Of a stretch of 64,000 nucleotides of DNA, positions 13,017 through 23,520 are shown piece by piece; the first letter of the stretch is position 1; every line of letters begins with the position of its first letter. A program made the translations under genes and the position numbers. Where the stretch lies: contig JAUCBJ010005083.1 in the NCBI GenBank assembly GCA_032718475.1, forward strand, positions 9,139 through 73,138, written 5' to 3'. Under the pieces are notes generated by a model that ran no database searches, was not told the origin of the DNA, and saw only the letters and a program-made list of their open reading frames with translations. This DNA is from Nemertoderma westbladi (lineage: Eukaryota; Animalia; Xenacoelomorpha).

Positions 13017-13266
13017 TTGACCATCTGTAATTCTAGTCGATTAAGATATCGCGGCACCCACCGATATACTTGAAAGACAAATTTCTAGAATCAATGGTTA
13101 ACGTCCCCAGACATGTTCTGGAATAAACTGGTGCCCATCCTAAATATTAAGTATTAATATTTACAAAAATCTGTCAAATATCAGATCCTTTAAAATTCTA
13201 GTCGATTAAGATATCGTAGCACTTACCGATACTCTTAAAAGGACAAAATTCCTAGAATCAAGGATC
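13017..13266 (+). ncRNA. Two tandem diverged long hairpins in the post-pol region (also at 627-875 in the outer copy)
   Basis: Shared inner stems TTCTAG/CTAGAA, GTC/GAC, TTAAG/CTT(G/A)A, TATCG/CGATA. Outer stems differ but still pair (TTGACCAT/ATGGTTAA vs GATCCTT/AAGGATC). Confidence 0.6.
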
Positions 13267-13837
13267 CCAGTCCCCAGACACGTTCTGGAATAAAATTGTG
13301 TCTATTTAACATTAAATAATAAAATTTACGGGAATAAATTTAAATTCAGATATTTCAATGAATTTAATAATTGTCATTTTGTACAATTTATAACATTCCC
13401 AAAATTCCATTAATTAATAGATCATGGGAGCGGAGATTCACTCTATTAAGTGTATTTGTGTGCGAGAATCTCCAATGTATAGTCAATAGCCGATAAAATT
13501 CATAGAATCATGTATAAAGGGGATATTGACCATTAAAGAATTACTATTAAATAGCATCCCAGATCTGTATGCATGAGAATTACCCTAATTCTACCGCTAG
13601 CTTTCCATAATGTCACCATGGCAACAACCACGCTAGAATTAGAAGTGAGTTAAAAGAACAATAGAAAGCATGCCCCATTGAATAGCATAGGGAATAAATA
13701 GCGCACTGCTAGTATCCAAGGATACATAATAAATACAGTGACATTCTGGAAGGTACTGACTAACGGACAAATGGCCCGAATGTGTGCAGTTTGTTGCAGT
13801 TGTGTTGAATTTGTGTGTTTGTAGGTGAATGTTACTA

Positions 13838-14086
13838 CTAAGGTGTGTTTACAGTAGCGAGTCGCAATTGTGAAAGTAACCCTAACTCGCCAAGAAGAAC
13901 CTGCAGTACATCTAAGCCTTTGGGACGGACAGTTAAGTGACTTGTGCCGGTTATCGTTGTCGTTGTGTAGCTACATCGTTGGCGAAAGCACAGCGACGAC
14001 GGTACATCGGCGCTGAGGATCTTACACTGTCCGGGGGCAAAAGAGGGGTAGGCAGCGACGCCCGCTAGCCTAATATATAGACTCAT
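13838..14086 (-). CDS. Conserved 82-aa antisense ORF of unknown function (inner copy)
   Basis: Intact with the same start, stop and length in the outer copy (18634-18882); 5 of 8 changed codons are synonymous. Confidence 0.45.
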   Translation of the reverse strand: MSLYIRLAGVAAYPSFAPGQCKILSADVPSSLCFRQRCSYTTTTITGTSHLTVRPKGLDVLQVLLGELGLLSQLRLATVNTP

Positions 14087-14113
14087 TATAATATTGATAA
14101 ACTCATAGCAGAT

Positions 14114-14512
14114 ATGACTGAGTTGATAGAAGATGATCTTGGCATCAGGGAGCGATATACTCTACCTTTACAAGCGTTTGTCGATAGCTTGATACGCGGC
14201 GACGCTGGTCCAACTACTACGGAGGATGATGGTCGTTATATCGAACCGCCAATGTCCCCGGAGCAACTTACGTGTGAATTGGACTATAGAAAGTTCATCG
14301 CTCGCTATACACATCGTAATGGTACGTATATGGACTTCTTAACTACCGGTCATCCTATCGATTTACACGACACGGACGATGTGGATACCGAAAGGGAAAT
14401 GGTTTTATTTAAATATCATACCCAACGGAATCGGAACGATAAGCCAAGAATAGAACACGAGAACTCTATTCGAAATCAGCTCGAAAGGAAGAACGCGGAA
14501 GAAGACTTGTAA
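14114..14512 (+). CDS. Accessory ORF A (132 aa), unknown function
   Basis: ATG preceded by an acceptor-like TAGCAG; homolog at 18912-19285 shows many synonymous changes. Confidence 0.6.
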   Translation: MTELIEDDLGIRERYTLPLQAFVDSLIRGDAGPTTTEDDGRYIEPPMSPEQLTCELDYRKFIARYTHRNGTYMDFLTTGHPIDLHDTDDVDTEREMVLFKYHTQRNRNDKPRIEHENSIRNQLERKNAEEDL

Positions 14513-15409
14513 AGACACATAGAGGAGAACCACTGGAGAAGAGACGTGGGTTAATGTCCAGGGTCCATAATGAGAATAGTTTTCCCCGGGGCACGGGTGC
14601 TCGCGGGCGGTCTCCTTCGGGAGGCTGTAAATTTCTCTTCCTTCATCGTTTTCCTGTAATCATTGTGATCAGTGTCACAATTAAAAGGCAAGAATGAATG
14701 ATGACGTAACGGAAAACTTGTCCATTGTGGTATCTTATGGATACTACCCTATATCCTCTCCTCTTTACTCCCTTTATCCCTCTATACATCGCTATTGAAA
14801 ATACAACATACTTCGTCCCACCTTCTCTTCCCAATGCGCTCGGAACTTTGGGAGACGATCGACCAATCCTAGTTGTATCGTGGTATGGATCATACCGCCT
14901 CCTAATAAATCTCCCCACCCTTTACTGTTTATTTGGATGCTCATATTGGTGTCCGCACCTCTTGTCCATGTACCATTCTGTTGATATTTATGATATCAAC
15001 TTCCACCCTCTCGTTGTTGATTAGAAAATCAACCATCAATAATTTCCTTAAGTCCACAACCGTGATACAAGGACTGAAAGGACACGCGGATGGTTTGTGA
15101 ACAACTGGTACCATTATGTGTCATAAATCTGGTTGTTCACCTCCCTCAATGATTGGATATATAAATCTTATGTAGAACAACTGAGACAAACATATCCTTG
15201 GACTGGTGTTTACCTCATCGCACTGGGGATAAATTCAGTTGGAGATAGTCCTCGAATGTTACAATCCTCCTACTGAGATCGTATTTCTGAATATTTCAGA
15301 ATGCGAAATAATTTTTCCTCTGCTCTCGATCATCCATGGCGGAGAACATATTAGGCATACAACGGGAACATGGAGAACATTCCATACCCCTTCGTTGATA
15401 CTCAGCTGA

Positions 15410-16870
15410 TTGCTCCTTGGGCAGAAGGCCGAGGTTTCTTCCGCACTACGTATGCCAATACACCCAGCGGAATTACCAAAGTACAACGAACCTCCATCGG
15501 ACATCTTGCCTTTCAAGAATACGGATGGAATTTCAAGGCGCTTTCTGACTCCGTTCCGTAACGTTGATAGTCAGTTCAAGGACCGCGCTCTGACCAAACT
15601 CAGCCTGAGAGACTCAGCGGCGGAGAAGCTAAACAGCGCGGGATTTGCCCTTTTTCAGGACGTTTGTATACAGAACTTGCACTCATCTGTTATACAAAGA
15701 CCCCGAATACCCACGGGTTATTCTGTCGTCGAAGTTCAGACAGTGGGTCAGCTTGCGGAGACAGCCGCACCTACCTCAGCTATGCAATTGGAAGACGAAC
15801 CAATATGCTTAGAAGCTGAAGCGATTCAGCCTACAGCGCCCCGGAGCAGCGATAACGACTACGTCTTAGAGTGGTATCAAGGTCCACAATGTCTCACCGC
15901 ATACGATTATCGACACGCTAACTATGTTTCTCGAAAACGTTGTCGATTATGCGCATCGAGAAACCATTTCACTCCTATGGACTCAGACGTACCCTGTTCC
16001 TATTTCCACGAACAACCAATGATGGAGATATATTGTGCGTATTGCAGACTTAATAACTCTCATATTTTTGCAGTCTGCCCCCAATTTATGACTCAATGCC
16101 ACCACTGTCAACTTAAAGGACATGCCAGTTATAATTGCCCCTTTAATCACGATTTAGAGAGCGTAGATGAAATGATTACCCTGCGCTACATCCGAGCTTG
16201 GGAAGCTAACGCGGATTTACACTGTGAGTCCCGTCATCGATACTACCCTGAACGCTCTTACGAGGGAGTTTACGCGTTCCATCCTTATTTATTAGCATCT
16301 GTGGAACAAAAAACACGCATACCGAGTTACGAGCTAATGAAGCGTGTTGGTGAGTGTATTTCCACTAAATTTGTTAGAAGATACCTTAGGAACGTCAATC
16401 CTAACGATATTACTTCATACCATTTGATCAATTATATCCGTCAAGACCCTGAGTATGGCGATTTATTTATCAACTCGCACCCTGAGTTACAGGAAGTATC
16501 TCGACGGCCCTACGAATATCGAGCCCGAGAACGCGAGCTGGAAAGAACTATTAAACCAAGGAAGTTTCTCACCACTCACGGTCCGCCTACCGCCATTGCC
16601 CAGACAACCCGTCAAGGACCCGTAGGAGCTGCTGTCCTGAGGCGCGCCGTAAAGGCTGTTAGACCTCGCTCCACGGAAGTTGATATCGATCAACCAGGTA
16701 CCTCGACCGGCGGATACACCGATCGCAATCCGAAACCTTCTGATGCAATTGTATTGCACCCTTCACCCAGGAGTTACAGCCCTCCTAGTAAAGTGGCTCG
16801 CCCCAAAGAGAAAAGGACTCTTACTAGCCTCAAAAAACTGCGTAAACGCCGTCTGCGTAAGAAAGACTAA
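15410..16870 (+). CDS. Accessory Cys/His zinc-knuckle protein with basic C-terminal NLS-like tail (up to 486 aa; first ATG 15452)
   Basis: Long intact ORF with CRLCASRNH...C, CAYCRLNNSHIFAVC and CHHCQLKGHASYNC (CX2CX4HX4C); ends KKLRKRRLRKKD; no signal peptide or TM segment visible. Confidence 0.75.
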   Translation: MLLGQKAEVSSALRMPIHPAELPKYNEPPSDILPFKNTDGISRRFLTPFRNVDSQFKDRALTKLSLRDSAAEKLNSAGFALFQDVCIQNLHSSVIQRPRIPTGYSVVEVQTVGQLAETAAPTSAMQLEDEPICLEAEAIQPTAPRSSDNDYVLEWYQGPQCLTAYDYRHANYVSRKRCRLCASRNHFTPMDSDVPCSYFHEQPMMEIYCAYCRLNNSHIFAVCPQFMTQCHHCQLKGHASYNCPFNHDLESVDEMITLRYIRAWEANADLHCESRHRYYPERSYEGVYAFHPYLLASVEQKTRIPSYELMKRVGECISTKFVRRYLRNVNPNDITSYHLINYIRQDPEYGDLFINSHPELQEVSRRPYEYRARERELERTIKPRKFLTTHGPPTAIAQTTRQGPVGAAVLRRAVKAVRPRSTEVDIDQPGTSTGGYTDRNPKPSDAIVLHPSPRSYSPPSKVARPKEKRTLTSLKKLRKRRLRKKD

Positions 16871-16940
16871 CTGTTTAGAGTATTTTTATATTTTAGAAAC
16901 TGTGATTTGTTATATTTTATAGACTTAAATCCCATTTTCT

Positions 16941-16948
16941 GGGAGCGG
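16941..16948 (+). promoter_or_regulatory. Polypurine tract of inner element (same sequence at 20502-20509)
   Basis: GGGAGCGG immediately precedes the TG of the 3' LTR in both copies. Confidence 0.75.
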
Positions 16949-18111
16949 TGTAAAAGCTTTTGCGTAATTAACCGGTTATTTTCCCTTAAAGTACTCTGTA
17001 GTTGGTTTGCCAGGCATAAAAAGGCCGTGTCCTTGCTGTACTGGTGTTTTAGAGGACATAAAAGTCATTTCTTCTGTATTTGTACTTTAGAGGACATAAT
17101 CCGCAATCTCGTGACGCGATAAGCTAGATACTCTTGAAAACAGTGTCGCTACCATGACGACGGCTAACAGCTGATATTGCCACGTCGACATTTCTTTGTT
17201 TCTTTGTTCTCTCGTTGTTCGGTTGACCAATCAGAGCGTTTTTTGTCTCTGTGTTGAAGGTGGATACAGAACTCAGTAGTTCAGTGTTATGTTTTTGTCC
17301 AGAGCCTAAGAACATCGGCTTTTGGCACCTCCGTATATCAGCATTCTTTAGCTTTACATTAGTAGGCTTAATTATAGAACGTATATCTGTTATCTAACCA
17401 TACCAATGCAATTCGAGTTAACATACCATATCTATCCATAAATTACTAATATTACTGCTTTTACTGTCGGTTATTCATTATATTGGTTGATGAAATATTA
17501 TATTGGAATACTGATCAATAGTCAGATACCCCACCTTCTTGATATACTAAAGGTTAGAGAGACCGGTTACAGATAAACGATTGCGACCTATGTTAAGTGG
17601 TTTGAAGTGAATCTAATGCTGTTTCATAGGCCCGACATAAATTGTATGTTGCTCTCTTCATACGTGACTAAATTTAGTGAAGGTCGGCAGATTAGTGTGC
17701 AGTATTGTGCAGCATTGTGTATGATTGTAACTGATAACAAAGCATCTCCTAAAGAATGCGCCATATACGTAAATCTATAGCCTTTTCGTTGTGTCTAGTT
17801 TAAGTCATAACTCTGTTTACATATTTAGAGCGCCACGTCCTAAAGGAACTGTTAATATTTCCCGAAAGTGAATAATATTTGTCAGAGTATATATATTACG
17901 ATCAGTCGAATAATACGGTAGGCTTACACCATCAATCATTAAGTTCCGAATTGTGTCTCCCGGGTATATCCAGCGGGTGAATGATTGCGCATAGACTGGC
18001 TTCGGCTAATGTAGTGTATCAAATACTCGTCATAAGCTAAAGAATATATATCATCTAAAAGACATCCTAATTTGGCAGGTTAAACTGTCAAAGGTCTTAA
18101 AAGCGCAAACA
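16949..18111 (+). repeat. 3' LTR of inner element
   Basis: Near-identical to 931-2093; followed by TSD TAATA. Confidence 0.97.
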
Positions 18112-18633
18112 TAATAAAATTTACGGGAATAAATTTAAATTCAGATATTTCAATGAATTTAATAAATTGTCATTTTATACAATTTATAACATTCCCAAAA
18201 TTCCATTAATTAATAGATCATGGGAGCGGAGATTCACTCTATTAAGTGTATTTGTGTGCGAGAATCTCCAATATATAGTCAATAGCCGATAAAATTCATA
18301 AAATCATATATAGAGAGGATATTGACAATTAAAGAATTACTATTAAATAGCATCCCAGATCTGTATGCATGAGAATTACCCTAATTCTACCGCTAGCTTT
18401 CCATAATGTCACCATGGCAACAACCACGCTAGAATTAGAAGTGAGTTAAAAGAACAATAGAAGGCTTGCCCCATTGAATAGCATAGGGAATAAATAGCGC
18501 ACTGCTAGTATCCAAGGATACATAATAAATAAAGTGACATTCTGGAAGGTACTGACTAACGGACAAATGGCCCGAATGTGTACGGTTTATGGCAGTTGTG
18601 TTGAATTTGTGCGTTCATAGGTGAATGTTACTG

Positions 18634-18882
18634 CTAAAGTGTGTTTACAGTAGCTAGTCGCAATTGTGAAAGTAACCCTAACTCTCCAGAAAGAACCTGA
18701 AGTACATCTAAGCCTTTGGGACGGACAGTGGAGTGACTTGTGCCGGTTATCGTTGTCGTTGTGTAGCTACATCGTTGGCGAAAGCACAGCGACGACGGTA
18801 CATCGGCGCTGAGGATCTTGCACTGTCCGGGGGCAAAAGAGGGGTAGGCAGCGACGCCCGCTAGCCTAATATATAAACTCAT
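18634..18882 (-). CDS. Conserved 82-aa antisense ORF (outer copy)
   Basis: 79/82 aa identical to 13838-14086. Confidence 0.45.
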   Translation of the reverse strand: MSLYIRLAGVAAYPSFAPGQCKILSADVPSSLCFRQRCSYTTTTITGTSHSTVRPKGLDVLQVLSGELGLLSQLRLATVNTL

Positions 18883-18911
18883 TATAATATGGATAAACTT
18901 ATATAGCAGAT

Positions 18912-19733
18912 ATGATTGAGTTGATAGAAGATCATCTTGGTATCAGGGAGCGATATACTCTACCTTTGCAAGCGTTTGTTGATAGCTTGATATGCGGCGA
19001 CGCTGGTCCAACTACTACGGAGGACGATGGTCATTATATCTAACCGCCAATGTCCCGGGAGCAACTTGCGCGTGGGTTGTACTGTAGAAAATTCACCGCT
19101 CGCTATACGCATCGTAATGGTACGTATATGGACTTCTTAACTACTGGTCATCCTATCGACCTACACGATACGAACGATATAGACACCAAAAGGGAAATGG
19201 TTTTATTTAAATATCATACCCAGCGGAAGCGGAACGATAAACTGAGACTCGAACACGAAAATTCTATTCGAAACCAACTCGAAAGTGCAGATGTTGAAGA
19301 GCCGGATAAACGCAGCGACTTCACCAAATACCTGGAATTCTTGAGAGAAACCTATCTCGATATTACCAGTCAACAGAATCTAGAAACTCGATATCCTCAA
19401 GGTATACATCATGACCGCATGGTAGAACTCAAACGGCTCTATTCCACTATGATGTATCTTACCGCCGATCGACCGCTACCTGTTGTACCGGATAGCTTCG
19501 AACGGATGGAGGAATATTGTAAGCTGGAGAAAGATCACTCGCGTTTCCCCTACAAGACGTGCGTTTTTGGTATTATTGCGATGAATGTCCAAGACCCAAC
19601 CAACAAACGGAAAGACATAAACATCCGCGGAGACGTTGCTTTAAACACGGTTTTACTCGCTATATTTACGGGAGTTTCGAGCGAAACTTGTTCGATGTAT
19701 CACCTACGCTCGTTCGACTCAGACGATCCTTAA
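18912..19733 (+). pseudogene. Accessory ORF A of the outer copy with a different, longer C-terminus and a premature TAA at 19041
   Basis: MIELIEDHLGIRERY... matches ORF A up to RNQLE, then continues ~150 aa not seen in the inner copy. Confidence 0.6.
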
Positions 19734-20509
19734 ATAAACCAATGATCAGAGTTTCGGAATACTCGATCAGATCTCCTCATTCCCTAGTGAGACCTCAGAC
19801 TCTTGATCCTATTAGTATGACGGATCCTCCCGAGCTGTATTCACTGTTCAAAGATCTAGTGTTACCCTAACAATTAATCGGTAACACTCCGGCAGTGAGC
19901 TCTAGTTAGCCGCCCATCTTACCTAGCCGTATTGGGACGCGGACACCTAATATCGCCATTCAACCGTATAGTCGTCCCAGTTTAACGCGATACAACCCTT
20001 CATCAAGGTGGAGGAGAGCGTTGTACGAAACGAGTTAAACGCTATTCTACAAAGATCAGAAAGGAAACCTGCGTTTGTTCAGATAAACGTAAGTTGTAAT
20101 AGCAGGTCCAAGCGGTAAACAAAGTAACTTTATCTCAGTTCGATCGGGAAATCCAGAATCTCTAAGAAGTTATCGAACTTGGACGACCCTATTCTCTGCG
20201 AGAGTTTTTGGATGAACGTATCCAGCTACGAGCGGAGGAAAATCAGCTCGAGGAGAAGCATATCGAAACGGCGGATACCCCGACCATAATCCTACACCTT
20301 CTGATGCAATCATATTGCACCCTTCACCCAGGATTTATAGCCCTCCTAGTAAAGTGGCTCCCCCCAAAGAGAAAAGGACTCTTGTTAGCCTCAAAAAACT
20401 GCGTAAACGCCGTCCTCGTAAGAAAGACTAACTGTTTAGAGTATTTTTATATTTTAGAAACTGTGATTTGTTATATTTTATAGACTTAAATCCCATTTTC
20501 TGGGAGCGG

Positions 20510-21688
20510 TGTAAAGGCTTTTGCGTAATTAGCCGGTTATTTTCCCCGTAAAGTACTCTGTAGTTGGTTTAACAGGCATAAAAGGCCGTGTCCTTACTGT
20601 ACTGTTGTTTTAGAGGACATAAAAGCCATTTCTTCTGTATGTGTACTTTAGCGGACATGATTAGCAATTCTATGACGCAATACGCCGGATCCTCTTGAAA
20701 CAGTGTAGCTACCATGACGACGGCTAACAGCTGATATTGCCACGTGGAACATCTCTTTGTTCTTTGTTCCTCTCTTTGTTCGGTCGACCAATCAGAGCGT
20801 TTTTTGCCTCTGTGTTGGAGATTGTATATAGAAACTCGTGGAGTTGAGTCAGTATGTGATTTTGTCCACAGCCTACAACACCGGCGTGGAACCTCCGTGT
20901 TTCAGTCTTTAGCTCAACATTAGTAGGCTTAATTATAGAACGTATATCCGTTATCTTACATCATACTCACTTAACATATCTCATACCAATTCTGCATTCA
21001 TAACCATTCATACCTTAAACTTTGTACTGCTATTTACTGTCGGTTATTCATTATATTTGTTGATGGAATATTATATTTGGAATACTGATAAACAATCAGA
21101 CACCCCAATCTTCTTGATATACTAAAGGTTAGAGAGACCGGATACATATAACGATTGCGACTTACATTAAGTGGTTTGAAGTGAATCTAATGCTATTTTA
21201 TAGGCCCTACACGTATTGTCTGTTGTTCTCCTTATATGTGACTAAAATTAGTGAAGGTCGGCAGATTAGTGTGCAGCATTGTGCAGTATTGTGTATGATC
21301 GTGATTGATAACGAAGCATCTCCTAAAGAATGCGCCATATACGTGAATCTATAGCCATCCCGTTGTGTCTAGTTTAAGTCATAACTCTGTTTATATATTT
21401 AGAGCGCCACGTCCTAAAGGAACTGTTAATATTTCCCGAAAGTGAATAATATTTGTCAGAGATTATATATATTACGATCAGTCGAATAATACAGTAGGCC
21501 TACCCCGCAATACGGTTAGGCTCCCGAATCCAGTCTCCCGGGTATATCCAGCGGGTGAATGATCGCGCATAGACTGGTTTCGGCTAATGTAGTGTATCAA
21601 ATACTTGTCATAGGCTAAAGACTATCTATCATCTAAAAGACATCCAAATTTGGCAGGTTAAACTGCTAAAGGTCTGAAAGCGCGAACA
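20510..21688 (+). repeat. 3' LTR of outer element (1179 bp, diverged)
   Basis: TGTAAAGG...GCGAACA; colinear with the inner LTRs but with many substitutions and indels. Confidence 0.95.
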
Positions 21689-22249
21689 GGGGGAGGGGGG
21701 TCAGTTAGATAGGAGGAGGGGGGGTCAGTTAGATAGGAGAGGGGGGGTCAGTTAGATAGGGGGGGGGGGGTCAGTTAGATAGGGGGAGGGGTGTCAGTTA
21801 GATAGGGGGAGGGGGGGTCAGTTAGATAGGATGAGGGGGGTGAGTTAGATAGGAGAGGGGAGGGTCAGTTAGATAGGGGGATGGGCAGTCAGTTAGATAG
21901 GGGGAGGGGTGTCAGTTAGATAGGGGGGGGTCAGTTAGATAGAGGGAGGGGTGGTCAGTTACATAGGGGGAGGGGGGTCAGTTAGATAGGAGGAGGGGGG
22001 TCAGTTAGATAGGAGAGGGGGGGTCAGTTAGATAGGGGGGGTCAGTTAGATAGGGGGACGGAGGGTCAATTGCATAGGGGAGGGAGGTCAGTTAGATAGG
22101 TGGAGGGGGGTCAGTTAGATAGAGGGGTCAGTTAGATAGGAGAGGGGAGGGTCAGTTAGATAGGGGGAGGGGGGTTAGTTAGATAGGGGGAGAGGGGGTC
22201 AGTTAGATAGGGGGAGGGGGGGTCAGTTAGATAGGGTGGGGGGGGGGGG
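21689..22249 (+). repeat. G-rich minisatellite (TCAGTTAGATAG plus variable G-tract, ~20-26 bp)
   Basis: More than 20 visible units. Confidence 0.95.
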
Positions 22250-22259
22250 CGTTCTATGG

Positions 22260-23520
22260 TCTTGCCAGTGCACCACCTCGTAGAGTCCCTCGCTGTTGGT
22301 AAGTAAGGGGCCATGGTCCCCATGATGGAGGCCGCCGCATTGCCGACCAGGATGGCGAAGGTCAGCCTCTGCAGGATGTAAGATCGAGGCTACTATGTTA
22401 CAGAGTGGCCCCGACCCCCTTCAGGAATCGGATGTTTCAGGACCGGGGCGGCCCGGTCTCGTAGGCAACCGTTGGTGGAAAAGGTAGCCCCGGTCCATAA
22501 GTTCCTGGTACTTCCGGATTTTGGGGTTTTCTGCTTCCTCCGCCATGCGACCTCCAGCAGATAGTGTCTGGGAGAAATGGCTGGGCGCGAGGGGATCTGC
22601 ACCGTCGCATCCCATGAGAGGAACCGCCCAAGACTCCATGGGACCAGGGTGACGTCATCCACTCGCTTCCCGCTCCCTCCATACCAACCTAAATGCTTAA
22701 GCATAGCGGGGATGCCACAGCTGGTGAGCAGCCGGCGAACAATGTCATTTAACATTGAGTGGCGCCGATGTCTGCCGAGGTTCCTTGTGTAGGAGGGGCC
22801 GTCCAACAGAACATCCTTGCCACACCGCGGCCACACCTGTGGGGCTCAGACAACTTGCACCCAAAACGAGTGCCGCCGACCTTGTTCTGGATCAGCGCGT
22901 CAGCTTCAGTCCCAGAGAGCTGATGGGGATGGCGTCGACCGTCGAGCCAGCAGCCTGCTGCGGGGTGGTCCAGGGAGTTTAACCACCCACCCCAGGTGGT
23001 GAAAGGGACTCCCACAGGACAGCAAGCCTGGCCTCGTGGACAGGGACCAGGTGTAGGCCCACTCTTTGGTGGCAGAGGACGGGCAGGCGAAAGAATGGGT
23101 GTCTTCGGTCGACGTTGGAATTGCGGGCAGTAGCGTCGCAGATGTTGTCATCGCAGATTATAGCATTGCGAAATATGAACGGTAGCACTGTGGATCACGT
23201 TGGAGATCTCCTGCAGGGTGCTCCGCTGGATGGAGTCATACTCCTCCAACGGAAGTCGAAACATGGGGCCGTTTGGAGGAAGTATGTAAGTCGTGGGATG
23301 GGGAAGGAGCACCGCAGGAGGAAGAAGATGGGAGTCGAGAGTCCAGAGGTGCGCGAGTTTGTAATTGAGGCAGGAGACGACGGCATTGTCTCCTATGGGT
23401 GCGCCCAGAATCTTCAGGTCTTCCAGTGGACGCACCTAAGCCCATCGCAGACTTCGTCGAATTTGCGTACAATGGATAAACGGATCTCCCGGGATTCCTC
23501 TCCAAGGAAGAAGAGTTAAG
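22260..23520 (-). mobile_element. Degenerate 5'-truncated CRE-like non-LTR retrotransposon (restriction-like endonuclease region)
   Basis: Frameshifted translation RHSMLNDIVRRLL..GIP...GKRVDDVTLVPWSLGRFLSWDATV / ADPLAPSH...AEEAE..KIRKY matches the RH..PD..D RLE layout; GC-rich block. Confidence 0.75.

Larger units (their letters stand above)
931..18111 (+). mobile_element. Full-length inner BEL/Pao LTR retrotransposon (17.2 kb)
   Basis: TG...CA LTRs at both ends, 5-bp TSD TAATA (926-930 and 18112-18116), and gag-PR-RT-RH-IN order with BEL-type triple Cys/His motifs. Confidence 0.97.
1..21688 (+). mobile_element. Outer BEL/Pao LTR retrotransposon (3' part; 5' part lies upstream of the window), interrupted by the inner copy
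   Basis: 1-930 aligns to ~12387-13321 and 18112-~19280 aligns to 13317-~14485. Ends in a PPT-like tract plus a diverged LTR at 20510-21688. Confidence 0.9.

Noticed and set aside
15410-16870. env gene
   Set aside because: No signal peptide, fusion or transmembrane segment is visible; it has zinc knuckles and a basic tail.
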